From an uncultured candidate division Zixibacteria bacterium (GTDB lineage Bacteria; Zixibacteria; MSB-5A5; GN15; FEB-12), in the NCBI GenBank assembly GCA_963664195.1, contig OY760907.1, positions 3,264,001 to 3,328,000 of the forward strand: 64,000 bases of DNA, written 5' to 3'. Below the pieces are notes generated by a model. The model saw only the letters and a list, made by a program, of their open reading frames with translations, ran no database searches and had not been told where the DNA came from. Position 1 is the first letter of the stretch. Each line of letters opens with the position of its first letter. Positions 50,497 through 59,707 of this stretch are shown one piece after another. A program made the translations under genes and the position numbers.

Positions 50497-51069
50497 TCAA
50501 CTTGGTGGGGCCGCTCCGATTACAGCGATGATTGACTGCTGATCCACCTTAACGATCTCGGCCCAAATGTACACTTGTCCGAAGTCATACACTTTGAATC
50601 GATATCCCTCTGCTAACCGAATAGCTGTCTTGGCGTTGCCAATGCGGATATCTCTTGGGCGATATGTCACAGCCGGCATAGTGAAGTCGGCACAATCATC
50701 CTCTCTTTCGGACAACACGAGTCTACTTGAAGACCAATCAATGTCGAACCCTGATAAGCATCTCTGAGAACTCGGAGCGTAGACCAGTGGATCGCCACGA
50801 AATGAGTAGAACACCGCATAACCCAATGGGTACTTCTGTTTGAGATGCTCATGGTTGGTCGGCAAGTAGTCTCGCAGGAAGTCGTCTACTTCCTCGATTC
50901 GCGACTGGGACTCCACTCCAGAATGCAAGGCATACACACCAATGAGCAGGCTTACTACGGAGAGAACTGACTGCACAACCCGATTCCTAAGATATCCGAT
51001 TAGCCAATGCTGTGTTTCTCGAGCCTTCCTGACTTTCTTTCTTCTGGGCTTTCTCTTCTTCCGTCCCAA
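50497..51069 (-). CDS. Orphan single-pass membrane protein
   Basis: TTG start after GGAGG; very basic N-terminus, one TM, beta-rich C-terminal domain. Confidence 0.6.
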   Translation of the reverse strand: MGRKKRKPRRKKVRKARETQHWLIGYLRNRVVQSVLSVVSLLIGVYALHSGVESQSRIEEVDDFLRDYLPTNHEHLKQKYPLGYAVFYSFRGDPLVYAPSSQRCLSGFDIDWSSSRLVLSEREDDCADFTMPAVTYRPRDIRIGNAKTAIRLAEGYRFKVYDFGQVYIWAEIVKVDQQSIIAVIGAAPPS

Positions 51070-51098
51070 CTGAGGTCCTCCCCACGTCCTTGAGATTT

Positions 51099-51126
51099 GG
51101 CAGGTTTGAAGACAAACCTTCCCTAC
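51099..51126 (-). repeat. REP-like family A element (short form)
   Basis: GTAGGGAAGGTTTGTCTTCAAACCTGCC; compensatory T-A pair where other copies have C-G. Confidence 0.8.
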
Positions 51127-51143
51127 GACAAAATCTGATTTCC

Positions 51144-52049
51144 CTACGTCTGTTTGAAGCCCCAGTCGACGAGGCGGCGGGCTTCGCGGAACCGGAGTTT
51201 GTCGCCAGGTACGCCGAGGACGACCAGCGTCAGCCTCTCCCCTGCCTTATTTTCGACAAGAGTTGTCAGGCAATAGTCAGCAGCACGAGTATAACCCGTT
51301 TTTCCGGAGAGAACGTCGTATTTGGAATGTATCAGCAAATTGGTGTTAGCCATCTGCAGGCGATTGTTCCGCTTGCGATTGAGGACGGTGCAGCGATACC
51401 GTTTGGTCGAGGTGATCTTTGCAATTGTTTTGTAATCGTAGGCATAATGGAGCAACTTAGCCACCTCGTGCGCGGTGGACACGTTGCGTGAGTCCAGCCC
51501 GGTCGGTTCGTAGAACACAGTATGTTTGAGGCCGAGCTGCTTCATTTTGAAATTCATCTCTTTGGCAAACTCTTCGTACGAGCCCGAGGTCGCCCTTGCC
51601 AGCGCCCGGGCCGCACGATTGTCAGAGTTCATCAACGCGGCGTACATGAGGTCACGCACGGTCATCTCGAAGCCGACCTTGAGTCGCGATTTCGACGAGC
51701 GACGGGCGTCCTCTTTGGTGATTTTGGCCGTACTGTCGAAGTCGATTCCCTTGTCAATCACGACCATCGCGGTGACGAGTTTGGTGATCGACGCAATCGA
51801 GCGCACCTTCTCGCAGTTCTTGGCGTAAAGGACCTCGCCGTTGTTGTAATTCACCAGAATCGCGGATTTGAGATTGAGGTACGGTTTCTTCGTGTCAGGG
51901 ATGTCGTCAAAGTCAAAGTGACAGACTTTTTCCGAGGCGGCAAACAGCGGTCCGCTCGGCTGCTCCAGGAAGTAGACGGAGTTGGCCGAAAAGAACACAA
52001 AGGCGGCCAGCATCAGAAGCACTTTTGGCAAGGTACGTCTATTCAACAT
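51144..52049 (-). CDS. Peptidase S11 family D-alanyl-D-alanine endo/carboxypeptidase (PBP7-like)
   Basis: ASITK (SxxK), SDN, KTG motifs. Confidence 0.92.
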   Translation of the reverse strand: MLNRRTLPKVLLMLAAFVFFSANSVYFLEQPSGPLFAASEKVCHFDFDDIPDTKKPYLNLKSAILVNYNNGEVLYAKNCEKVRSIASITKLVTAMVVIDKGIDFDSTAKITKEDARRSSKSRLKVGFEMTVRDLMYAALMNSDNRAARALARATSGSYEEFAKEMNFKMKQLGLKHTVFYEPTGLDSRNVSTAHEVAKLLHYAYDYKTIAKITSTKRYRCTVLNRKRNNRLQMANTNLLIHSKYDVLSGKTGYTRAADYCLTTLVENKAGERLTLVVLGVPGDKLRFREARRLVDWGFKQT

Positions 52050-52068
52050 GACGGTAGAACGAAACCTC

Positions 52069-53385
52069 CTAGTATCGAATCCATTTGATCAGTTCGGGGA
52101 CAGTCGGCCGCTTGCCGTACATGAGGATCCCGATCCTGAATATCTTGGCCGTAACCCAGATAATGCCGAGAGTCGTTAAAACAACTCCAATAAATGCTAT
52201 CGACGCCTCGGCGACAATACCTGAGAACAGCGAGTAATCGGTAACGGACGGTGCGATGAATACGATTCGCTCAAGCATCATGGTCGGTGCACAGAACGGA
52301 ATGTACGCGAGCACCTGCACCCAGGTGGCGTAGGGGTCCCTGGCAACGGCCGACCCGACAACCATCGGAATCATAAGACAGCCGACAATCGGGAAAACAA
52401 AGCTCTGGGCTTCCTTGTCGCTGTTGACGATTGCACCGATGAGCGCAAACAGCGTGGAGTACATGATGTATCCGGCGACGAAAAACAACACAAAGAACAC
52501 AACAATCACCGGGTTAAACGCCATGCGTCCAATTGCGGGGTTGATATCCAATCCGGCGCTGCCGGCGTAGACGTAGATTCCGGCCCCCATCAACACCCAC
52601 ACCAATACCTGTGTGAAGGCAGCTCCTCCCAAACCCAGCACTTTGCCGAGCATGAGTTGGAACGGTGTCACGGATGAAACGAGCACTTCCATAATACGGC
52701 TGGTCTTTTCCTCGATAACAGAGCGCATGAGGATTGAGCCGAAGGCCATAATCATCATATAGACGAGGAAGACAAAAATGAGGGCCGCAAAGAATTTCAC
52801 GATAAATGGTATCGACTCACCCTTAGTATCCTGACTCTGCAGGTTGACATCTCTGGTCAAAGTGAGCACCGAGTCAACCGGCAGGTTGATGTCCGACATC
52901 TGGAGTCTGTGGGTGGAAATGATGTTTGAAAGTTGATGTTCGAACCGCCCGATGGTCTGGTAGTCATCGGAGTTCGTGAGGAGCAACAAATTGCTGTCAG
53001 CCAGATGGGCATCCGGCCTGACAAAAAGGACATACCGGAGTTCTTTCTCGGATACCGCGTTCCTCAGCGAATCTTTCGTTGCGGTCCAGGTTGTCTCGTC
53101 GCCGGGCTGAACTCTTGTGACTTCGGTGACGATGTAAGCCGGGTCTTCAGAGTCCGGCAGCGTGTACCTGACGATAGCATCGGCGAACTCCTGCCCGATT
53201 CCCTTCTCACCCTGGTCGACAACCGCCACCTTGTCGACAGAAGAAGTGTCGCTTGTGGCCAGCAACGCGGGGACAACCATCAGGGCAAACATGATCACCG
53301 GTGTAACCAGAATACCAATAATGAATGATTTCTTCTTGACCACTTCGGCATATTCGCGTTTGAAAATTACGAGAAATTTAGACAT
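52069..53385 (-). CDS. ABC-2 type exporter permease (NatB/YhaP-like)
   Basis: EEKTSRIMEVLVSS..LMLGK motif, large periplasmic loop; ATG 53385 overlaps the ATPase stop. Confidence 0.9.
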   Translation of the reverse strand: MSKFLVIFKREYAEVVKKKSFIIGILVTPVIMFALMVVPALLATSDTSSVDKVAVVDQGEKGIGQEFADAIVRYTLPDSEDPAYIVTEVTRVQPGDETTWTATKDSLRNAVSEKELRYVLFVRPDAHLADSNLLLLTNSDDYQTIGRFEHQLSNIISTHRLQMSDINLPVDSVLTLTRDVNLQSQDTKGESIPFIVKFFAALIFVFLVYMMIMAFGSILMRSVIEEKTSRIMEVLVSSVTPFQLMLGKVLGLGGAAFTQVLVWVLMGAGIYVYAGSAGLDINPAIGRMAFNPVIVVFFVLFFVAGYIMYSTLFALIGAIVNSDKEAQSFVFPIVGCLMIPMVVGSAVARDPYATWVQVLAYIPFCAPTMMLERIVFIAPSVTDYSLFSGIVAEASIAFIGVVLTTLGIIWVTAKIFRIGILMYGKRPTVPELIKWIRY

Positions 53386-54310
53386 GAGCCTCTCCCTTCT
53401 CAGCTTGTACCCTGGAGGGATCGACTTTGGCAACCTCGATAAATATGCGATACAGCGAAGGCTCCATGACCTCGAATCGACGCACCTTCACTTTCTCAAT
53501 GATACTCTTGAGAATGGCGTCCGCATCAGCCCCACCGTTGAGACCGATCTCGATAGAGTTGTTAAACTCTGAGACGCCCTTGACCCCCGGCAATGATTCG
53601 ATGAACCCACCGTCGCCTTCGATGTCAACCTGAAGCGTGTTCTTGCCGAACTGCGCTTTGACATCGGCGAGTCTGCCGTCGAGCACCTTTTGGCCGGCGT
53701 TGATCATACAAATGTAGTCACACAGTTTTTCGGCCTGTTCCATAACGTGAGTGGAGAAGAGAATCGTCTTCCCCTCACGTTTGAGATCAAGAATCACGCT
53801 CTTGATCAACTCGATATTGATGGGATCAAGGCCGGAGAAGATTTCGTCGAGGATAATCAAATCCGGGTCGTGCAATATTGTGGAGATGAACTGGAGTTTC
53901 TGTGCCATACCCTTGGAAAGCTCTTCCACCTTGCTTTCTTTGTAGTTCAAGAGATTCATCCTCTCGAGCCAGGTGTCGATCTTGGGCGCGGATTTCGATT
54001 TGGGGTAGTTCTTGAGTTCCGCCATGTAGCAGAGGACCTCGCGAACCTTCATCTTCTTGTAGAGACCGCGCTCCTCCGGCAGATAGCCGACACGGTTCTT
54101 GAACGATTCATCGACTTTCTTTCCGTCGAACCACACGCTGCCGGAATCCGGCGCGATGATGTTCATAATCATGCGAATCGTCGTTGTCTTGCCGGCCCCG
54201 TTCGGGCCGATAATGCCGTAGATAGCACCCCGGGGTACTTCCAGCGACAGGTTATCAACAGCGACCTTTTCGTCGTATTGTTTTCGTATATTCTCAAGCT
54301 TTAGATACAT
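53378..54310 (-). CDS. ABC exporter ATP-binding protein
   Basis: GPNGAGKTT, LSKGMAQ, ILDE, STH. Confidence 0.95.
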   Translation of the reverse strand: MYLKLENIRKQYDEKVAVDNLSLEVPRGAIYGIIGPNGAGKTTTIRMIMNIIAPDSGSVWFDGKKVDESFKNRVGYLPEERGLYKKMKVREVLCYMAELKNYPKSKSAPKIDTWLERMNLLNYKESKVEELSKGMAQKLQFISTILHDPDLIILDEIFSGLDPINIELIKSVILDLKREGKTILFSTHVMEQAEKLCDYICMINAGQKVLDGRLADVKAQFGKNTLQVDIEGDGGFIESLPGVKGVSEFNNSIEIGLNGGADADAILKSIIEKVKVRRFEVMEPSLYRIFIEVAKVDPSRVQAEKGEAHV

Positions 54311-54380
54311 ATCGCCTTTCTTATATTAACTAGTAATTATCTCTCTATTCAGATGTCCCGTCAACAAGAAACAAAGCGCT

Positions 54381-55193
54381 CTATTCTGAGAGCATTTGTG
54401 CGAATTGCTGGGCATTGTTGGCTGCCTGGCCGAGGTGACAATTGTTGAAAAACACGTAAGTCTTCTTAACTTTCTTCATGATCTTGCGGACCTTCTCTTT
54501 CCAATACTCCAACTCATCGTCCGAGTAGTTGTAGTCGTAGCGCAGCGCTCCGCCGTTCCACCATTGTTCGGCGTTTCGGCCGTGGAGGCGGACATAGGCC
54601 GTGTCGGTAGTGGCAAAACAGTCCGGCTTCAGGAGTCCTCGGAGCGGAGGCTCATCGACGGCCACATAGCCGATCCGCTCTGTCCTCAATCTGTCGTACA
54701 TTGGGCGATTGACCCAGCTATCGTGGCGAAACTCAACGAATAGCGGATTTGGCGCAACGGCATCGCGACAAACGCTAAGATAATCGAGTGTCGGAGGCGA
54801 GAACTTGAACGAGTACGGAAACTGTGCGAGCAAACCCGACAGCTTGCCGGATTCGACTAGCGGCGCTATTGCCTCGCGAAAGGCTGCGATATCTCGGTCA
54901 AGTTCCTTGCGTTGGTGCGTGAATGACTGAGGGACCTTGACCATGAAGTCGAAACCCGTCGGGGCCTTGGAGATCATGTTTTCAAACACTCGCGGGGAGG
55001 GAATTCTATAGTACGTCATATTGATCTCGACTGTCGGGAAATGCTTGACGTAATGATCGAGCATTCTGCCTTTGTCGATCTTCGGAGGATAGAAGTTACC
55101 CACCCAGTCGGCAAAGCTGTATCCCGATGTGCCGATGCGGACCCGCTTCAGGGGGTCATTCGTGTCGCTGGCGCCTGCAACGATATCGCTCAT
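54381..55193 (-). CDS. DUF72 family protein
   Basis: IGTSGYS..DW, VEINMTYY, QFPYSF, VEFRHDSW, YVRLHGRN, FFNN. Confidence 0.92.
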   Translation of the reverse strand: MSDIVAGASDTNDPLKRVRIGTSGYSFADWVGNFYPPKIDKGRMLDHYVKHFPTVEINMTYYRIPSPRVFENMISKAPTGFDFMVKVPQSFTHQRKELDRDIAAFREAIAPLVESGKLSGLLAQFPYSFKFSPPTLDYLSVCRDAVAPNPLFVEFRHDSWVNRPMYDRLRTERIGYVAVDEPPLRGLLKPDCFATTDTAYVRLHGRNAEQWWNGGALRYDYNYSDDELEYWKEKVRKIMKKVKKTYVFFNNCHLGQAANNAQQFAQMLSE

Positions 55194-55379
55194 GCCTGTT
55201 ACCTGTTAACGAAAACCGGGTTAGCCGCCCCGTCGGTATGTCTACTGCAAACTGTGCGTCTTTGAATATACTCAGCTTACGAGGGATTATTCAACAGGTT
55301 TCGACTGTGTGGAAATCACATTCGACTGATAGCCGTCAGGCGGTTGCCTGACAGCACCTGGCGGGTGAAGTCACCCACC

Positions 55380-55499
55380 TCACCCCTTCTTGATCTGCTG
55401 GAAGCGGACACAGCCACATTTGGGACAGACCCACTTGCGCTGTTTATGATAGGTCCGTTTGAGTTCCTTCATGGGAGTTTTGCACCTGGGGCAAGTCAT
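55380..55499 (-). CDS. 39-aa zinc-ribbon-like microprotein (not in ORF track)
   Basis: MTCPRCKTPMKELKRTYHKQRKWVCPKCGCVRFQQIKKG; two CPxC knuckles; starts 12 nt after the upstream stop. Confidence 0.7.
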   Translation of the reverse strand: MTCPRCKTPMKELKRTYHKQRKWVCPKCGCVRFQQIKKG

Positions 55500-55511
55500 G
55501 GTTGGACCGGG

Positions 55512-56126
55512 CTAGCTTGTCAGATGAAGGAAGTCGGATAGCAGGAATTCCATGCGACCGATAAAAGTTGACATACGCGACATTACCGTATATCCGAAAG
55601 TGGTGCCGAAGAATATCATCAGGAACCATGTACCAGCTTTCGCAGCTCTGCCAAGAACGCCTTTGTGTTCGCGGCTGAAATAGAAGTAAGAGAGAGTGCA
55701 GAGAACGCCAACAATCACGACAATGCTGGAGAAATCGGGCATACCAGATTCGCCGATGATTGGTGCTACCGTGGCGGATATCTGTTTGATCGTCCTCGCA
55801 CCGAGCATGGCCGGTATCGCGACACCCGCTCCTGAGCCGATCAGGACCGCGATGGGGATGCGCGAAAACGTCGATGTCTTCGGATGAAAACGACCGAACA
55901 TGAGCAGACCAAGAGCAAGCGGTATCAGGAGCAGCAAGCGTCCGTCATCGAATAACGGATGGATAAGCAACCCCATGAGGGAGTTCGTCCAGGTGATGAC
56001 TAAGAAGTAGCCGATCGACACGCCGATGAGCAGAGATTCCGCCATTTTGTAGACCGGATTGTCCCGGTACAGAAAAGTGAAGATTGCCAGGGTGAGAATA
56101 CCGGCAACGAGCGTTGCAATGTCCAT
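55512..56126 (-). CDS. Membrane protein of unknown function (operon gene 4)
   Basis: 204 aa, about 6 TM; TGATG overlap with the upstream gene. Confidence 0.85.
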   Translation of the reverse strand: MDIATLVAGILTLAIFTFLYRDNPVYKMAESLLIGVSIGYFLVITWTNSLMGLLIHPLFDDGRLLLLIPLALGLLMFGRFHPKTSTFSRIPIAVLIGSGAGVAIPAMLGARTIKQISATVAPIIGESGMPDFSSIVVIVGVLCTLSYFYFSREHKGVLGRAAKAGTWFLMIFFGTTFGYTVMSRMSTFIGRMEFLLSDFLHLTS

Positions 56127-56935
56127 CAGGCCCCCCCCCGCTTTCCGCGTTGACGAAAGTAGATGATGTTGCCAACAACGATAAGCAGAATCACATAGAG
56201 ATGCGAGCCGGTCTGTGCAAGCATACCCCGTGCACCGCTGCCGCCGATGCCGATCAATTTCTCGTACTCGGCTGCACCGCGAAGTCCCCCGACCATGGCG
56301 TACATCTGATCGGACGCAAGATACGGGTCGTAGGTTGTCACCATTGCCGCCGTCACAAATCCGGACACGCGGACGCCATAGCGACCGTTGCCGTATTCGA
56401 TCCAGTGGGTGGTGAGGGAACCGTCGGCAATGGAGATCACACCGGCGATGTCATCGTAATTCTCGACTCCAGCAAGCATCGGAAACTCACCGTACTTCCT
56501 GCCAAGATAGTCTTCCGGAAAAGTAGCCGGAATCGATTCCCCCATAGACAGTATGGCCGCGATGAACTGCGGTTTGAAACCGAGATAAACGTAATCGGTG
56601 CCGTACTCTTTGTCGTATTCGGCAGCAACCTGGCGCATCAGACCATACCCGACACCGGTACCCTCCGCAAGAAGGGCCACTCCTGCCAGACGGAGGTTTC
56701 GTGAGAAAGCATGGCGCAGCATTGCCACCGCCAGCGGGCGGATTTCGGGCAATGAAGAAGCCTCGTGGTCAAACGATACTATCAGCACAGCCCCTTCGGG
56801 AAGCGATTCAATGTACTCGTACATGCGATTCGTTTCCGGAGAGGGAGTGACTTCCGGTCGGAAACTGAGCAGCATGGTGACGGCGACCACGAGTGCCAGA
56901 CCGATGAATGTGTAGTGACGACTCTCGAGTTTCAC
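56126..56935 (-). CDS. Two-TM protein with soluble alpha/beta domain, unknown function (operon gene 3)
   Basis: GTG 56935 in GTGA overlap with GGGAGGGAG RBS; YGTDYVYLGF, GGLRGAAEYE motifs. Confidence 0.85.
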   Translation of the reverse strand: MKLESRHYTFIGLALVVAVTMLLSFRPEVTPSPETNRMYEYIESLPEGAVLIVSFDHEASSLPEIRPLAVAMLRHAFSRNLRLAGVALLAEGTGVGYGLMRQVAAEYDKEYGTDYVYLGFKPQFIAAILSMGESIPATFPEDYLGRKYGEFPMLAGVENYDDIAGVISIADGSLTTHWIEYGNGRYGVRVSGFVTAAMVTTYDPYLASDQMYAMVGGLRGAAEYEKLIGIGGSGARGMLAQTGSHLYVILLIVVGNIIYFRQRGKRGGA

Positions 56936-57558
56936 TTGCTCCCTCCCCCGAGCCACGTGCGCTCTATGCCGAGAATAACGCGCAGCGAAGTAGTCAGTGA
57001 ACCGAGGCCAATACCTATCAAGATAGCGCGGCGGGCAGACATGGAAGGATTGTTGCGCACCCAGTCGGCAATTTCAGGAAGGTGGTCGGAGAAGATGCCA
57101 CCGATATCTGAGCGACTGAGAAGCGTCAGCAAGGCTGAGAGGAGCAGAACAGCAGCCGGAAGCGAGCGCGCTCTAAATCCGCGGAATGATGCTGAGGCGA
57201 CAAAAAACGCGAGCAGTGCAAACACAGTCGATTGCATCGGCACCTGTATGTTGTCGAATACCCACATGAACGGGGAGCCGCCCTTGATGCCCCATACGAT
57301 CGCAAGAATCGGCATTGCAATAAGCCCGACCATAGAGACAATCTTGTAAGGAGTATCCTGACCGCGTTGGATCGACTGCAGGTTGACTTTGGCGAAACTC
57401 GCCACCCCCACGAGCAACGTGAAAGCGAATATGATCTGCCAGTACTCCACCAACACTGACTGGTTTATGGCGCGCGCCGTGTCAGTCTCGACAAAAAACA
57501 GGACAAACAGCAAGACACCGAAAAAGCCACACACCAGTTGAGGAATCTTGCGTCTCAC
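56932..57558 (-). CDS. Membrane protein of unknown function (operon gene 2)
   Basis: GTG 57558 in TAGTG overlap; about 6 TM; FALLAFFVASASFRGFRARS, LRVILGIER. Confidence 0.85.
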   Translation of the reverse strand: MRRKIPQLVCGFFGVLLFVLFFVETDTARAINQSVLVEYWQIIFAFTLLVGVASFAKVNLQSIQRGQDTPYKIVSMVGLIAMPILAIVWGIKGGSPFMWVFDNIQVPMQSTVFALLAFFVASASFRGFRARSLPAAVLLLSALLTLLSRSDIGGIFSDHLPEIADWVRNNPSMSARRAILIGIGLGSLTTSLRVILGIERTWLGGGSK

Positions 57559-58367
57559 TAGAATTTCCACCAGGTAGAGGTTGCATCGAATGACGCCCAG
57601 ATAGATGCCATTGTCAGCAAAACAGCAATCACGACCTTGAGGATGTCCTGAGCCCGCACCGAAGCCAGAATCGACGGATCGCCTGACAGGTAACCGGATG
57701 CCGCGAAAAGCTCTTCGCCTATTAGCGTGTAGTCGCACGCTACGATGAAAAACGACAATTGTATAGTCGAATCAGTACCGGCAATCTGAATCGCCCCCAC
57801 CGTATTGCCGGTTTCAGCCAGAATCAGCGACTCCGCCTCAAACGTGCCGAGCAGGAAGATTGAGGCCGGGTTCAACCTGGAGATCATACCATCAACTGCA
57901 GCGGCGTAACCAAACTGCGAGGAAGAAACATATCGTATGTTGTCTTTCTGGAATCGGTCCGGGTATCCGGCACGCGCATAGGCTTCTGCCACCACTTCCT
58001 GCGCCACTGACATGATAACCGGATCGTGCGTGGGATATATCAATGGACAATCATATGTTGCCGTGGTCTGCGCGACATTGCTGAGTATGTTCATCGAGGC
58101 AATGGTTGTCGGACGTTGAATATCTCCCCCCCATCCGGGAGTGAACAGTATCGGGCGGGCCATTTCGGTGGCACGGCCGATGGCTTCCTCGACGGCGTTC
58201 AGGCCGGCGATCTTGCGCATACGGTATCCCTCACGGCTCTTCTTGTGGTAGGTTGTATAAAGGACGACCACAATAGAAACAAACGCCCCAATCAGGACCG
58301 GAAGTTTCGACGTGTCGAACCATCCTCCATCGGAGGCTAACAGTATCAGCAAGGGGTGCCACAGCAT
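57558..58367 (-). CDS. DUF6754-like protein (operon gene 1)
   Basis: RKIAGLNAVEEAIGRATEMARP, AESLILAETG, CDYTLIGEELFAASGYLS resemble DUF6754 as I recall it (HMM not run); ATG 58367 or TTG 58376. Confidence 0.75.
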   Translation of the reverse strand: MLWHPLLILLASDGGWFDTSKLPVLIGAFVSIVVVLYTTYHKKSREGYRMRKIAGLNAVEEAIGRATEMARPILFTPGWGGDIQRPTTIASMNILSNVAQTTATYDCPLIYPTHDPVIMSVAQEVVAEAYARAGYPDRFQKDNIRYVSSSQFGYAAAVDGMISRLNPASIFLLGTFEAESLILAETGNTVGAIQIAGTDSTIQLSFFIVACDYTLIGEELFAASGYLSGDPSILASVRAQDILKVVIAVLLTMASIWASFDATSTWWKF

Positions 58368-58474
58368 GAAAGGCAATTAGACGGCCCACAGACAGTCGTT
58401 CAACAAAAAGATTTTAAGTTGACCCGGACGGCCTCACAGATATATTCGACCAGCAGACTTCATAAGGACATATT

Positions 58475-59707
58475 ATGCGTTTAACTACCCTGATATTCTG
58501 TATTCTCATTTTCGCAGTCGCTTTATCGGTACAGGCGGAAACAACCCTGGACTGGTGGCAACTCTGGACCGACCCGAGTATTAAGCCGACGATCGAAGCC
58601 ATGGTCGAAGAATTTGAGCAAGCCAATCCGGACATTAAGGTAAACCTGACCGATCTCACCTGGTCAAACGGCCACGAAAAGATCGCCATCGCGTTTGCTT
58701 CGGGTTCCGGCCCCGACGTGGTGGAGCTTGGCTCCGACTGGATCGCACAATTCGCAGTCAACGGTCACCTTGCGGACCTTTCAGAACACATCGCCGCCGA
58801 CAGCGCTGATTACCAGGGATGGGGTATGGCAACCTATCGGGACCGAGTGTATGCCAAGCCCTGGATTCTGGGCACCAGAGTCCTCTATGTCAATCGCGAC
58901 CTTCTCAAGCAGGCTGGCTTCGAGGAGGAGTTCCTTCCGTTCAGCGTTGGCGATCTCTTTGACGCGGCAACGGCAATCAACAACTTGGACAGAAACACCT
59001 ACGGTTGGGGATCGAATACGGCTGAGAAGCATCGTCTTTACAAGAAGTTCCTACCCTTCTTCTGGTCAAACGACGCACAGGTATTTACAGATGACGGCAA
59101 GTATTGTGTCGTCTCATCTATGCAGGCGATCAACGCTCTCGACTTCTACAAGCAGCTTCACGACTCCTGCGGCTATGTCTCGAATCAACGCGGGATTGAA
59201 GATGCATTCCTTGACGGCAAGATCGGTTTCATCCTGTCTGGCGATTGGCTGCTCAAACGCATAGAGTTGGAAAACCGGCATATCAACTTCAATACGACGA
59301 TAATGCCGGGGGTACCGAATAGCCGGAACAGTGCATCGGTTGGCAAATCGTTTCTAGGCGGCGAGTTCTTAGCCGTTAACAGCGCCTCGGATCATCAAGA
59401 CGCGGCCCGAACACTGGTCGATTTCATCACCTCGCCGGAGAATCAGGTGCGATTCTGCAAAGCCAATCGTTCGGCCAATCCATCGAGCAAAATGGCACAG
59501 AAGGATGCCTATTTTGCGGCCAACAATCACCTGCAGACGTTTATCAGTCAAATTCGATTCGCCGCGCATCCGCCGGTCGATCCGGATTGGGTCCACATTG
59601 AGACAGAAATCGAAAAGGCAGTTGAGAATGTCGTGTTCGGTAATACCGGAAGTGCCACGGCTCTGAGGAAAGCACAAATCAACATCGCCAAGATGAAGGC
59701 AAAATGA
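58475..59707 (+). CDS. Carbohydrate ABC transporter substrate-binding protein
   Basis: Signal peptide, EFEQANPDIKV, GPDVVELGSDW, FLGGEFLAV. Confidence 0.9.
   Translation: MRLTTLIFCILIFAVALSVQAETTLDWWQLWTDPSIKPTIEAMVEEFEQANPDIKVNLTDLTWSNGHEKIAIAFASGSGPDVVELGSDWIAQFAVNGHLADLSEHIAADSADYQGWGMATYRDRVYAKPWILGTRVLYVNRDLLKQAGFEEEFLPFSVGDLFDAATAINNLDRNTYGWGSNTAEKHRLYKKFLPFFWSNDAQVFTDDGKYCVVSSMQAINALDFYKQLHDSCGYVSNQRGIEDAFLDGKIGFILSGDWLLKRIELENRHINFNTTIMPGVPNSRNSASVGKSFLGGEFLAVNSASDHQDAARTLVDFITSPENQVRFCKANRSANPSSKMAQKDAYFAANNHLQTFISQIRFAAHPPVDPDWVHIETEIEKAVENVVFGNTGSATALRKAQINIAKMKAK

Noticed and set aside
47700..51140. Integron cassette array
   Set aside because: No integrase, no convincing RYYYAAC...GTTRRRY attC sites, and the genes are not co-oriented
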